A DNA stretch of 64,000 nt from assembly GCA_942491685.1 (NCBI GenBank), contig CALOBY010000004.1:425965-489964 (forward strand). Reading direction: 5' to 3'. This DNA comes from an uncultured Nitrospirota bacterium. Its GTDB lineage: Bacteria; Nitrospirota; Nitrospiria; Nitrospirales; UBA8639. Of the stretch, positions 9,021-19,274 are shown piece by piece. Positions within the stretch are counted from its first letter, which is position 1; the number at the start of each line of letters is the position of its first letter. A model generated the notes under the pieces. The model made no database searches. It was not told the origin of the DNA and saw only the letters and a list, made by a program, of their open reading frames with translations. The position numbers were made by a program, and so were the translations under genes.

Positions 9021-10664
9021 TTGTCAGAACCTTCAATGTGCAGCCTCCCGTCGGTAACTGTTCGGACGTTTCGGCCAACGAACGTTCGTCGCATTCTATG
9101 CGTATTCCCTGCCTATACAAAAGCCTTTGGAACCTTTGACCATGCCTTTCCACTGATGGGGCCTGTGAAGGCCTTCATGCCGCCACAAGGAATTCTTCTC
9201 ATCGCGGCGCTTGTGCCGAAAGAGTGGGAAGTCCGGTTCATCGATGAAAATATCCGTCAGGTCCTGGATAGCGAGTTTGCCTGGGCTGATGCGGTTATGA
9301 TATCGGGCATGCATATCCAACGGAAACAAATCCAGGATATAACCAGTCGTGCCCATCATGCAGGTAAGATTGCGGTGCTGGGCGGTCCCTCTGTTTCTGC
9401 TTCACCCGAAGATTATCAAACCCTCGATTACTTACATTGCGGAGAAGTTGGGGATGCGACCCTCCAATTATTCCGTCAAATTGACAAGTCTGTCACTCGG
9501 CCAAAAGAGCAAATCATCTACCGGACAATGGATCGGCTTCCCATGACCGATTTCCCGACTCCTGCTTATCGATTGATCAATGTTCGTCAGTATCTGCTTG
9601 GGTGTGTTCAGTATTCCAGTGGCTGTCCCTTTACCTGCGAGTTCTGTGATATCCCTGCTCTCTACGGAAGAAACCCGCGACTCAAAACACCTGAACAAAT
9701 CCTTGTTGAGCTGGATGAGCTGGCCGATGGTGGAACGCCTTCCATTTATTTCGTTGATGATAATTTTATTGCTAATCCTCGAGCGGCGCGTGAGTTGTTG
9801 CCGCATTTGGTGGAATGGCAGAAGCGCCGGGACTATACCGTTCGCCTCTCCTGTGAACTCACGTTTAATGTAGTGGAGTATCCTGAGATTTTAACTATGA
9901 TGCGAGAGGCATTTATGACCAATATATTTATTGGTATTGAGACGGTGGATCCAGATGCCTTGCGAGCCATGAGCAAAAAACAGAACGTCCGGACCCCGAT
10001 GCTTGATGCGGTTGAAACGGTCAATAGTTATGGGATTGAAATTGCCGCCGGAATCATTATCGGATTGGATACCGACACACCGGAGACCATTGATGCGATT
10101 TTGGAGTTTATTCATGCTTCTCAAATTCCCATTGTGACACCTAATTTGCTTGTTGCTCTTCCTCACACACCTCTTTATGAGCGGCTGGAAAAGGCTAACC
10201 GCCTTAATTCTGGCGAAGGCCGCGATTCGAACATTGAGTATCTTCAGCCCTATGAGGAGGTCGTGGTCAACTGGAAGCGGGTCATTCGTGAGACGTACGA
10301 GCCCAGGAATATTTACGCCCGCTATGCTGCACAAGGGACAAAAACTTATCCCCACCGCAAGCGACCCACTCGTCCATTAGATCAACTGACTTGGCCGAAT
10401 CTTCGTCGTGCAATCGAAATCTTTGCCCGTACGGCCTGGCGGGTCGGGATTTGTAGCGATTATCGAAAGGAGTTTTGGAAGATGACGAGACGGGAGTTGC
10501 GTCAGGGTAATGTCGAATCGGTCTTTCAAATCGCCATGGTTGCCCATCATCTCATCACCTTTGGACGGGAGTGCCTCACGCGGGATGTTCAGGCTTCTGC
10601 ATATTCTGCTCGTGGGCGTGATTTCAGCCTGTCATTTGGCATTATCTTTGGTCCGTTGCGATAG
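9021..10664 (+). CDS. hpnP: B12-dependent radical SAM hopanoid C-2 methylase
   Basis: RRILCVFPAYTKAFGTF...AFMPPQGILLIAA, SGMHIQR, GGPSVS, QYSSGCPFTCEFCDIPALYGRNPRLKTPEQI and YFVDDNFI closely follow HpnP as I know it from Rhodopseudomonas; CxxxCxxC is present. Start is TTG 9021 or ATG 9036. Confidence 0.88.
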   Translation: MSEPSMCSLPSVTVRTFRPTNVRRILCVFPAYTKAFGTFDHAFPLMGPVKAFMPPQGILLIAALVPKEWEVRFIDENIRQVLDSEFAWADAVMISGMHIQRKQIQDITSRAHHAGKIAVLGGPSVSASPEDYQTLDYLHCGEVGDATLQLFRQIDKSVTRPKEQIIYRTMDRLPMTDFPTPAYRLINVRQYLLGCVQYSSGCPFTCEFCDIPALYGRNPRLKTPEQILVELDELADGGTPSIYFVDDNFIANPRAARELLPHLVEWQKRRDYTVRLSCELTFNVVEYPEILTMMREAFMTNIFIGIETVDPDALRAMSKKQNVRTPMLDAVETVNSYGIEIAAGIIIGLDTDTPETIDAILEFIHASQIPIVTPNLLVALPHTPLYERLEKANRLNSGEGRDSNIEYLQPYEEVVVNWKRVIRETYEPRNIYARYAAQGTKTYPHRKRPTRPLDQLTWPNLRRAIEIFARTAWRVGICSDYRKEFWKMTRRELRQGNVESVFQIAMVAHHLITFGRECLTRDVQASAYSARGRDFSLSFGIIFGPLR

Positions 10665-10955
10665 ACGGTGCCGGTGATGTCGTGTGGATTCTCATACACT
10701 AAACTTTGGCCGTATAAGGGAAGAGGGTTTTTCTGGCTCAGGGGGTGATTGGCAGCGGCCTCCTGTATACGAATGGGTAGTCGCCACTCTCTAACTTGAT
10801 CGTTCTTTCCTCCTCGGTGAAGTGGAAGTCCTGTTAATTCCCTAACGCTTGACAGTGTTATGTAGCTATGGGAAGATTTTTTGCAGTATGTAGGCATACG
10901 AGTTCTCTCCATTTTTTCCTCCAAAATCGCTAGGTTTGATCAGAAAGGATCGCTT

Positions 10956-12851
10956 ATGTCCTTGTTAAAAAGGATTGAAAGTCCAACCGATTTAAAAAAA
11001 CTTTCTCCGGAACAATTTCCCGAATTGTGCCAGGAAATTCGGGAACTGATAATCGAGGTGATTTCTGGAGTGGGAGGACATCTGGCATCCAACCTTGGTG
11101 TGGTCGAACTGACCGTCGCGCTGCATTACTTACTTAACACTCCCCAGGATAAAATTATTTGGGATACCAGCAACCAGGCCTATACGCATAAACTGCTGAC
11201 CGGACGACGCGAACAATTTCACACCATCCGGCAATTTGGGGGTATGAGCGGTTTTTGTAAACGCGAAGAAAGTGCTTACGACACTTTCAATGCCGGACAT
11301 GCAGGGACGGGAGTTTCTGCTGCAGTGGGATTTGTCGAGGCCCGAGAGCAATTGAAAGGATCACAGAAAGTGGTCTGTGTGCTTGGCGATGGAGCATTGA
11401 CCTCCGGGATGACCCTGGAAGGGCTACAGCATGCGGGAGATATGGGTCGAGACCTTGTGGTGATCTTAAATGATAATCAAATGTCTATTTCCCGAAATGT
11501 TGGGGCCATATCCGCCTATCTCAATCGCACCTTTACGGGAGAGTTTTATACGCGGTTTCGTGAGGAAACCTCACAATTATTAGATACGATCCCCCAAATT
11601 GGCGAGAATGTGAAGCGGATGGCGATGCGGGCTGAGGAATTAGCGAAGGGCTTCCTTCTCCCGGGGTTGTTATTTGAAGAATTAGGCTTTCGCTATGTTG
11701 GTCCGATTGATGGCCATAACTTTGAGCATTTATTGCCGACCTTGGGAAATGTCTTAAAGCTTAAAGGCCCGACACTGTTGCATGTCATTACGAAAAAAGG
11801 GTTGGGTTTTGAGCCGGCAATGAAGGATCCTGTCTGGTTTCATGCCTGTTCGCCCTTTGATGGAAAAACTGGAACACCGGTGAAAAAGGGCGGATTCCAA
11901 TCCTACAGTTCAATTGCTGCGAATACCTTGATTCGACAGGCTCGGAAAGATCGGCGAGTCGTGGCAATTACCGCCGCCATGTGTGAAGGTACGGGGATGT
12001 CAAGTTTTCAAAAAGAATTCCCCTCGCGACTGATTGATGTGGGCATAGCCGAGCAACATGCTGTCACCTATGCGGCAGGGCTTGCGGCCGAAAATATGCG
12101 TCCCGTGATTTGTATGTATTCGACCTTTCTTCAGAGGGCCTATGATCAAGTTGTGCATGATGTGGCGACCCAAAATCTCCCTGTGATGTTTTGTATTGAC
12201 CGAGGGGGGTTGGTTGCGGAGGATGGCACCACACATCATGGTGCATTTGATTTTGCCTATCTCCGTCATGTTCCGAATATGGTAATTATGGCACCAAAAG
12301 ATGAGAATGAATTGCAGCATATGGTCCAAACAGGATTGGTATACGATGGACCGACGGCGGTCCGTTATCCACGGGGAAGCAGCTTGGGCGTGCCGTTAGA
12401 TCCTGAGCCGATTCCTTTGGATATTGGACAAGCGGAGTTGTTATCTGAGGGCACGGATGTGGCGATTCTGGCCATAGGTGTGACAGTATCCGAGGCCATG
12501 AAAGCTGCCGAACAATTGAAAGATGAGGGTGTGTCGGTGGCGGTGGTCAACGCGCGATTTGTTAAGCCGCTCGATAAAGACCTGATTCGCGATATAGCGA
12601 AAAAGGTGAAATGTTTGGTGACGGTGGAAGAAGGGTGTCGTATGGGCGGATTTGGTTCGGCGGTACTTGAATTCCTTTCTGAGGAAGAATGTTGGGATCT
12701 TCCGACAAAGGTGTTAGGATTGCCGGATTGGTATATTGAGCAAGGCCCACAAGAATTACTTCGCGAAAAATACGGCTTGACGGCCGATGGTATTTATGAT
12801 CAAACCAAAGCCCTCTATGATCGAGTCAGGCTGCAAACCGCCATTCGTTAG
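10956..12851 (+). CDS. dxs: 1-deoxy-D-xylulose-5-phosphate synthase
   Basis: GGHLASNLGVVELT, GDGALTSG...LNDNQMSI, DVGIAEQHAV, YSTFLQRAYDQ, EDGTTHHG. ATG 10956 follows AAAGGA. Confidence 0.97.
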   Translation: MSLLKRIESPTDLKKLSPEQFPELCQEIRELIIEVISGVGGHLASNLGVVELTVALHYLLNTPQDKIIWDTSNQAYTHKLLTGRREQFHTIRQFGGMSGFCKREESAYDTFNAGHAGTGVSAAVGFVEAREQLKGSQKVVCVLGDGALTSGMTLEGLQHAGDMGRDLVVILNDNQMSISRNVGAISAYLNRTFTGEFYTRFREETSQLLDTIPQIGENVKRMAMRAEELAKGFLLPGLLFEELGFRYVGPIDGHNFEHLLPTLGNVLKLKGPTLLHVITKKGLGFEPAMKDPVWFHACSPFDGKTGTPVKKGGFQSYSSIAANTLIRQARKDRRVVAITAAMCEGTGMSSFQKEFPSRLIDVGIAEQHAVTYAAGLAAENMRPVICMYSTFLQRAYDQVVHDVATQNLPVMFCIDRGGLVAEDGTTHHGAFDFAYLRHVPNMVIMAPKDENELQHMVQTGLVYDGPTAVRYPRGSSLGVPLDPEPIPLDIGQAELLSEGTDVAILAIGVTVSEAMKAAEQLKDEGVSVAVVNARFVKPLDKDLIRDIAKKVKCLVTVEEGCRMGGFGSAVLEFLSEEECWDLPTKVLGLPDWYIEQGPQELLREKYGLTADGIYDQTKALYDRVRLQTAIR

Positions 12852-12860
12852 TTTTACTCA

Positions 12861-14045
12861 ATGCATATAACTCGACGAAATACCCGTCAAATACAGGTAG
12901 GATCGGTCAAAATTGGTGGCGGGGCACCAATTTCCGTCCAGTCTATGACCATCCCACATCCAAGGGATGTGGTGGGAACTCTTGAGCAAATTCATCGTTT
13001 GGAAGAGGCCGGTTGCGAACTCATTCGAGTGGCCGTTCCTGATATGGAAGCGGCTGATGCTCTTCCAAAAATCAAAGCGCAAATGAAGGTCCCTCTCATA
13101 GCGGATATTCACTTTGATCATCGTTTGGCTTTAAAGGCGGCGGAAGTTGTGGACTGTGTCCGTATCAATCCAGGGAATATTGGTCCATGGTGGAAAACGG
13201 AAGAGGTCATTAAAGCCGTTAATGACAATGGTATTCCACTGAGAGTGGGCGTCAATGGGGGCTCTCTTGAAAAGCCATTATTAGATAAGTATGGCTATCC
13301 CACAGCGGAAGCTTTGGCAGAGTCGGCACTCAATGCTGTTCACGCCTTAGAGGACGTGGGATTTACCAATATGAAAGTGTCGTTGAAAGCTTCTGATGTG
13401 CATATGGCCATTGATGCCTATTGGCTTTTTGCGCAGCAATCCAATTGTCCGCTTCATATTGGGATTACGGAGGCAGGCACTGCTGCGACGGGTGCCGTCA
13501 AGTCTGCGGTAGGATTGGGGTGGTTGTTGTCCCAAGGTATCGGGGACACCTTGCGCGTTTCGTTGGCCGCTGACCCAGTCGAGGAAGTCAAAGTTGGGTT
13601 TGAAATATTGAAGTCGCTGGAACTCCGCCATCGTGGAGTGAATGTCATTGCCTGTCCGACTTGTGGCCGTGTGGAAATTGATGTGGTCAAGATGGCGAAT
13701 GAACTGGAGCATCGGTTGGGGCATATTAACAATCCCATTACTGTTTCGGTGTTAGGGTGTGTGGTCAATGGGATTGGTGAAGGCAAGGAAGCCGATATTG
13801 GCATTGCGGGTGGCCAAGGTGTGGGAATTGTCTTCAAAAAGGGTAAACTCTATAAACGGGTGCCTTCCGAAGAATTAATGGATACGTTAATCGAAGAAGT
13901 CGAAGCCATGGCCAAAGAGCAAAATAGCGATGGCCAACAAGGCATTGGTTCACAACCTTCTCCTTTATTGTCCCCGCTTGGAGAATTGTCGTTATCCTCC
14001 CCTAAATCGTCCTCTCGTGAGATTCCTGTATTGCCTCTGAAGTAA
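12861..14045 (+). CDS. ispG: (E)-4-hydroxy-3-methylbut-2-enyl-diphosphate synthase (flavodoxin)
   Basis: PISVQSMT, PLIADIHF, RINPGNIG, RVGVNGGS, IACPTCGR and GCVVNGIGE ([4Fe-4S] cysteines). Confidence 0.97.
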   Translation: MHITRRNTRQIQVGSVKIGGGAPISVQSMTIPHPRDVVGTLEQIHRLEEAGCELIRVAVPDMEAADALPKIKAQMKVPLIADIHFDHRLALKAAEVVDCVRINPGNIGPWWKTEEVIKAVNDNGIPLRVGVNGGSLEKPLLDKYGYPTAEALAESALNAVHALEDVGFTNMKVSLKASDVHMAIDAYWLFAQQSNCPLHIGITEAGTAATGAVKSAVGLGWLLSQGIGDTLRVSLAADPVEEVKVGFEILKSLELRHRGVNVIACPTCGRVEIDVVKMANELEHRLGHINNPITVSVLGCVVNGIGEGKEADIGIAGGQGVGIVFKKGKLYKRVPSEELMDTLIEEVEAMAKEQNSDGQQGIGSQPSPLLSPLGELSLSSPKSSSREIPVLPLK

Positions 14046-14135
14046 TGTTTGCCGGACTTCGGAGACAGTAACAAGAGGGTACTCTCTGGTTGCAGTTGTG
14101 TAGAAGAAAAGCAACTTCGTATAATGGGTGATGAA

Positions 14136-14211
14136 GGCGCCGTACCCAAGTGGCTAAGGGAGCAGTCTGCAAAACTGCGATTCAGCGGTTCGAACCCGCT
14201 CGGCGCCTCCA
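14136..14211 (+). tRNA. tRNA-Cys (GCA)
   Basis: Acceptor stem GGCGCCG/CGGCGCC, anticodon arm GCAGT-CTGCAAA-ACTGC, GGTTCGAACCC T-arm, U73 discriminator, encoded CCA. Confidence 0.96.
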
Positions 14212-14347
14212 TTTTTTATCGAATACCAGAGAGGAAAAGAAGTCACATGGCATATAATTTTGCTATCGGGCAATTTTCTAGAACAAATGGGACTTGTCTG
14301 AGCGGTCGAAAGGAAAGCCTTGATCCTTTTTGGGGAATGAATTAACG

Positions 14348-15364
14348 ATGGCTGTACCTCTTTCGCAAATGTACACGGTGTCACAGTATGCCTTGTCGAA
14401 CCATGTTCGAGGGGTGAAGCGCTATCCGTTAGTGCTCATGTTGGAGCCCCTATTCCGGTGTAATTTAGAATGTGCGGGGTGTGGGAAAATTCAATATCCG
14501 GATCATATTCTCAATCGACGGCTGACCCCTGAGCAATGCTGGGCGGCCGCCGATGAGTGTGGAGCGCCCATTGTGAGCATTCCGGGAGGAGAGCCCCTTA
14601 TTCATCCAGAAATGCCTGCGATCGTTGAGGGGCTAGTGCAGAGAAAAAAATATGTCTATTTGTGCACCAACGCCATCCTCCTTGAGCGAAAAATTCAGGA
14701 CTATACCCCCTCCAAATATCTGACCTTTAGTATCCATATGGATGGCCTGAAGGAAGAACATGATCATGCAGTCTGTCGTGAGGGAGTCTATGATGTGGCC
14801 GTCAAAGCGATTCGTACGGCATTAGCTAAAGGGTTTCGAGTCACCACCAATACGACTCTCTTTGATGATGCCGAACCTTTACGTGTTCGTCGATTTTTCG
14901 ATGAAATGATGGAGCTGGGCGTGGAAGGTATGATGATTTCGCCAGGATACAGTTACGATAAAGCTCCTGATCAAAAAAGCTTCTTAAAGCGGGACCGAAC
15001 GCGATCGCTGTTTTCCCAGTTGTTGACACAGCGGAAGCGGCACTGGCAGTTCAATCAATCTCCCCTGTTCTTGGAGTTTCTCATGGGCAAGCGGGATTAT
15101 GAATGTACGCCATGGGGCAACCCCACGTACAATATCTTTGGCTGGCAACGCCCGTGTTATTTATTGCAGGAAGGATATGTCTCCACGTTTCGAGAATTAA
15201 TGGACGAAACCGATTGGGATCGATATGGAACCGGGCGGCATGAACAATGTCGAGATTGTATGGTGCATTGCGGCTATGAAGCTTCAGCGGTCAAGGACAC
15301 CTTCGGTTCATGGGGAGGATTTTTCGGAACTGTCCGAGCCACGCTTTTCCCCAATGCGGTCTAA
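14348..15364 (+). CDS. hpnH: Adenosylhopane synthase (hopanoid radical SAM protein)
   Basis: YPLVLMLEPLFRCNLECAGCGKI, SIPGGEPLIHP, ECTPWGNPT and CRDCMVHCGYEASAV are HpnH motifs. Confidence 0.95.
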   Translation: MAVPLSQMYTVSQYALSNHVRGVKRYPLVLMLEPLFRCNLECAGCGKIQYPDHILNRRLTPEQCWAAADECGAPIVSIPGGEPLIHPEMPAIVEGLVQRKKYVYLCTNAILLERKIQDYTPSKYLTFSIHMDGLKEEHDHAVCREGVYDVAVKAIRTALAKGFRVTTNTTLFDDAEPLRVRRFFDEMMELGVEGMMISPGYSYDKAPDQKSFLKRDRTRSLFSQLLTQRKRHWQFNQSPLFLEFLMGKRDYECTPWGNPTYNIFGWQRPCYLLQEGYVSTFRELMDETDWDRYGTGRHEQCRDCMVHCGYEASAVKDTFGSWGGFFGTVRATLFPNAV

Positions 15365-15409
15365 GTCTGCTCATTGATGAGCTAAGATTCCTGCCTCCCG
15401 CCACCCCGG

Positions 15410-15781
15410 TTGAATCCCCAAGAAAGTGTACGAGTGATGAACGATCCTTTGTCTACGGAAAGTCACCCGCCATCCTGGGAAGGATATCGCCTGAAAACGG
15501 ATAACGAAACTGCCTTGCAAGAAGCCATGGAGCGTGTGTGCGACTATCGAGGGGATGTGACCATCTATCGTAAGACCGGAGAGCCCATCATCGGATACGT
15601 ATTCGATCGACAAGAAGGAGTTCCTCATCCGCATATAAAAATGTATCTGGCTAACCAGTCAGATCCATTTATCGTGCCGTATCACGAAATTGCTGAGGTG
15701 GAATTCAGTGGCGAGGATACGGCCTTTGGTCGGTCGTGGGATGATTGGGTCAATAAGTGGCAAAAACCTCAGAAAAATTAA
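15410..15781 (+). CDS. Hypothetical protein downstream of hpnH (small beta-rich, possibly Sm/SH3-like)
   Basis: 123-aa ORF, co-oriented with hpnH, with a natural-looking sequence (DYRGDVTI...GYVFDR...SWDDWV). Confidence 0.6.
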   Translation: MNPQESVRVMNDPLSTESHPPSWEGYRLKTDNETALQEAMERVCDYRGDVTIYRKTGEPIIGYVFDRQEGVPHPHIKMYLANQSDPFIVPYHEIAEVEFSGEDTAFGRSWDDWVNKWQKPQKN

Positions 15782-16097
15782 TCTTCTCCAGTTTCTTTTT
15801 TTTCTCTTTCCCTAATTTTTCCTCACCGTTAAAATCTGCTTCCTTTTCCTGCGCGATCCCATGAAAATGTGTGCATACTCGTAGACTGTGAACCCCGTCC
15901 CAATCGAAGAATTGATTGACGCTTGGCGCAAGTCTGTGATAGAAAGCCAGGTCTTTTTTCGGGGCCAAGAGGTCCGGTAATACATGGGTGTCCTTGGGTT
16001 ATTTGAGGTCGTAGGGAAAGGGCATTTTGAAAAGAGGGCATCAGATTTCACTGTTGGCAATTATTACGAACCAAACTTATTCCGTAGGCGAGGGGGA

Positions 16098-16640
16098 ATG
16101 ATGAACGAATACCGAAAACTAAAAAGTCTGTTGGTTGTTGGCTCAGCCGTTTTGGGACTGTCGCTATCTGCTTGTGGCGGTGGGGAAGAAGGTCCGCCAA
16201 AGCCTCCACCACCAGCCCCGCCTGAATATGCTGACAAGCATATGCCGGATGGATATTGGAATAATCCCGATATTATTGCCGAAGGTGAAAAAATCTATAC
16301 GGGTCAACATAATATCGATGTGAACTGCGCCAGTTGTCATGGGAAAAACGGGAAGCCGGTGAAGGCAGGAGCCCGAGATTTTCGAAGGACTGAACAAATG
16401 GAGCTCTATTCTGATGCTGTCTGGTTTTGGCGTGTCAATGAAGGTGTGAAGGGCACAAAAATGAAAGCCTGGAAGAGCAAACTTTCTGAAGACGAAATTT
16501 GGAAGGTCATTGCCTTTGAATCAACTTTTGGTCTTAAGGGTAAGGAATATGATGTGGCTGCCAAAAAGTGGGTGGCGGCTGGATCGGCAGGTTCCGCTCC
16601 AGCAGCAACTGATGCACCAGCGGGGGATGCGGCCCACTAA
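16098..16640 (+). CDS. Monoheme cytochrome c lipoprotein
   Basis: Lipobox LSA-C, heme motif CASCH, distal Met in KMKAW. Start ATG 16098 or 16101 after GAGGGGG. Confidence 0.9.
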   Translation: MMNEYRKLKSLLVVGSAVLGLSLSACGGGEEGPPKPPPPAPPEYADKHMPDGYWNNPDIIAEGEKIYTGQHNIDVNCASCHGKNGKPVKAGARDFRRTEQMELYSDAVWFWRVNEGVKGTKMKAWKSKLSEDEIWKVIAFESTFGLKGKEYDVAAKKWVAAGSAGSAPAATDAPAGDAAH

Positions 16641-16697
16641 TCAAAGCCAAACAGTAATCCCAAGAACGAGAAGAACGATAAAGGAGGGGGACGACCC

Positions 16698-18383
16698 TTG
16701 AAAACCTTACATCGAAGTATATGGATGGTCTTAGGCTTGCTCATTGGTGGGGCAGCGATAGCGTATGGGCAGGAGGTTCCTGCCCCACCGGTTGATTTTC
16801 CCTATGCGGGAAATCGTACAGCCGTGTGGGTCGTCGCGAATCTCCACATCTTATTTGCTGCCTTTATATTGGGGGCCCCTATATTTGCCGTTGTGGCGGA
16901 ATGGCTAGGGTATAAAAACAACGATCCAAAGTATGATCGTCTGGCCAAGGAAGTGATTAAGGTTACCGTCATTCTCTATAGTATGACCGCATTGACTGGG
17001 GGATTGTTTATCTTTGTCCTTTTGGGCACATATCCGACCTTTTCAACGTGGTTGATTCAGCATTTTTTCCTCGTGTTTGCGGTCATCTACCCTCTGCTAT
17101 TTATCCTCGAAACCATAATCCTCTATACCTACTTCTATTCCTGGGATTCTATGAAAGGTTCGTTAAAGGGCCGTCATATTGCCTTAGGAATTCTTTTGAA
17201 CATCGTTGGAACGGTCACGTTATTTGTCATTGATGGCCCCACTGCCTTTATGAACACTCCAGCCAAGGCCGCAGAAGGGGTGTCCCTTGTTGAGTTTGTC
17301 ACGAATGCAGGTTTATGGGACAAAATGGCCAACTATAGTTGGATGCCGCTTAACCTGCACCGGTTGGTCGGGAATGTCACGTTTGGAGGATTTATCGCCG
17401 GGCTGATTGCGGCCTATATGTATATGAGGTCCAAGACAGATGAAGAGCGATCCTATTATGACTGGATGGGGTTCGTGGGCAATATGATTGGAGTGGGAGC
17501 GCTGTTGTTGCTCCCATTTATGGGTTACCTCCTTGCTTACGAGCTTTGTGACTATGATGCCTCAATTTGTCCCTATATGATGGCCGACCAGTTGTCGATG
17601 TTCTTTGAAATGCAGGGCGCGATGATTGGGCTCATCTTTCTTGCCAGTAATTATTATATTTGGTTAAGCCTTAAACGCATTGAAGGTGTTGAGGAGATAC
17701 GAATATCCGGATTTGTGGCTCTTGCGGTGCTGGTCATGCCAGCCGTGATGGGTATGGCCTGGAAGATGTTCCCTCCTCCTGAGTGGCAATCTCTTATTTT
17801 CCTAGCGGGAACTATCTTGGTTCCTGTTATTTTAGGACGAATTCCAGGGTTGAGTAACTTCACCGTTTCGGCCTTCACCATGGTAAAAGTAGGGTTTCTT
17901 ATGATTGTGGTGGCTGATGCTATTTGGATGACGCCCCATGGCTTTGTGGCCACGCAGGGGTTGGCGACTCATGAGGTGGAACTCCCAGAGTGGGCTCAGG
18001 AGTTGGCGCTCATGCCCGCAAAAAATGCCGCAGCCTTTACCTTGGTGTTTCTCACAATCGTCAATTACATTATGTACAATCGTGCTATTAAAAGGGGCAC
18101 GATCATTTGGGGAAAGATCGATTTCGCTTCACAATTCGTCCTGATTTTCCTGGCATTCAGCGCAATTTGGACGATGGGTTTGATGGGAACGGTTCGGTCG
18201 CTCACCAGAAAATATTTTCATGTCTATAACCTTGTGCAAGATTTCACTCCAGAAGCGTTTACGCCTACCTTGTCCTATTCGGCGTGGTGGATCACAGGAG
18301 TGACGATTGTATTTTATGCTGTGGTCAGTTTTGCAATCCTGGTCACGCTTAAACCGGCAAGTGCAAAGGCTGAGGCGCCGTAA
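16698..18383 (+). CDS. Cytochrome bd-like oxidase subunit I homologue (copy 1)
   Basis: CydA-like pattern ANLHILFAAF...YDRLAKE...NLHRLVGN with many TM helices; no cydB adjacent. Confidence 0.82.
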   Translation: MKTLHRSIWMVLGLLIGGAAIAYGQEVPAPPVDFPYAGNRTAVWVVANLHILFAAFILGAPIFAVVAEWLGYKNNDPKYDRLAKEVIKVTVILYSMTALTGGLFIFVLLGTYPTFSTWLIQHFFLVFAVIYPLLFILETIILYTYFYSWDSMKGSLKGRHIALGILLNIVGTVTLFVIDGPTAFMNTPAKAAEGVSLVEFVTNAGLWDKMANYSWMPLNLHRLVGNVTFGGFIAGLIAAYMYMRSKTDEERSYYDWMGFVGNMIGVGALLLLPFMGYLLAYELCDYDASICPYMMADQLSMFFEMQGAMIGLIFLASNYYIWLSLKRIEGVEEIRISGFVALAVLVMPAVMGMAWKMFPPPEWQSLIFLAGTILVPVILGRIPGLSNFTVSAFTMVKVGFLMIVVADAIWMTPHGFVATQGLATHEVELPEWAQELALMPAKNAAAFTLVFLTIVNYIMYNRAIKRGTIIWGKIDFASQFVLIFLAFSAIWTMGLMGTVRSLTRKYFHVYNLVQDFTPEAFTPTLSYSAWWITGVTIVFYAVVSFAILVTLKPASAKAEAP

Positions 18384-18439
18384 AATCGCCTTTTCCTGAG
18401 GAAGCTAATAAGTCTGTATTTTGAAAGAAAAGGAATCGT

Positions 18440-19252
18440 ATGGCTAATCAAAGCTTCGCGAAAAGTGTGCTGAAAAAAGCAACCATCGGTATTATCGTAG
18501 GGGTAATTTTAGTGGTTGTCGCACAACAGACGCATTTTCCTCCCATCTTTCAACTCATGTTTTTTATCTATGCTATGTTGGGGGCTTTAGTGTTTATCCT
18601 TTTGGATGCCCCTCCTATGAAGCGTTTAGAAGGGGGAAAAGCCCTGGGAGCGCTTATTGTTTTTTATGTTTTGTTGTCCGGTTTGTATATCGCAGGGGCC
18701 TCCATTCTCCCTCAGTTCGATCCTGCGGATGAGGCGGGGAAAATTGAAAAAATGCTGAAAAGGCCCAGATTAGAATGGGCCAAGAATCAACCGAGCGAGG
18801 TCACGAAAAAAGTAAAAGAGTTAAATGAGAGGGTGAAATCTCTCTCGACTCAATTAGCCTCATTGGGAGGTGCCGCAAAGGTAGAAGTAGTAGATACATC
18901 AAGTGGTAGTGGGGGTGCTGCGGCTTCCGGGGACATTATCGCGCTTGGAAAGGAACAGTGGGAGCTTCAGGAATGTTACAACTGCCACAAGCTGTTTGGT
19001 GCCGGGGGTAAAAAACGAGGGCCGGTACTGGATAATATTGGAAATCTAATGACTCCTGAGGCCCTTAGAGAGAAAATTCTGAACCCGAAAAGTTGGATGG
19101 CAGAAGGGTTTGACAAGCAATATAAAAAGGGAAAAATGCCGGATAAATATCGGGATCTGATGTTCCCCGAGGAAATTGATGCGCTTGTGGCGTTTCTTGC
19201 ATCATTAAAAGATGCCTCCGTGGATACCCCGAAGCCAATTAAGATGAATTAA
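18440..19252 (+). CDS. Membrane-anchored monoheme cytochrome c
   Basis: Three N-terminal TM helices, CYNCH, GPVLD and KMP motifs. Confidence 0.88.
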   Translation: MANQSFAKSVLKKATIGIIVGVILVVVAQQTHFPPIFQLMFFIYAMLGALVFILLDAPPMKRLEGGKALGALIVFYVLLSGLYIAGASILPQFDPADEAGKIEKMLKRPRLEWAKNQPSEVTKKVKELNERVKSLSTQLASLGGAAKVEVVDTSSGSGGAAASGDIIALGKEQWELQECYNCHKLFGAGGKKRGPVLDNIGNLMTPEALREKILNPKSWMAEGFDKQYKKGKMPDKYRDLMFPEEIDALVAFLASLKDASVDTPKPIKMN

Positions 19253-19274
19253 GAACGTGTAGGACCAGCGAAAT

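Noticed and set aside
13850-14384. ORFs 13850-14212, 14049-14345 and 14154-14384
   Set aside because: They overlap tRNA-Cys and ispG/hpnH and are shadow ORFs.
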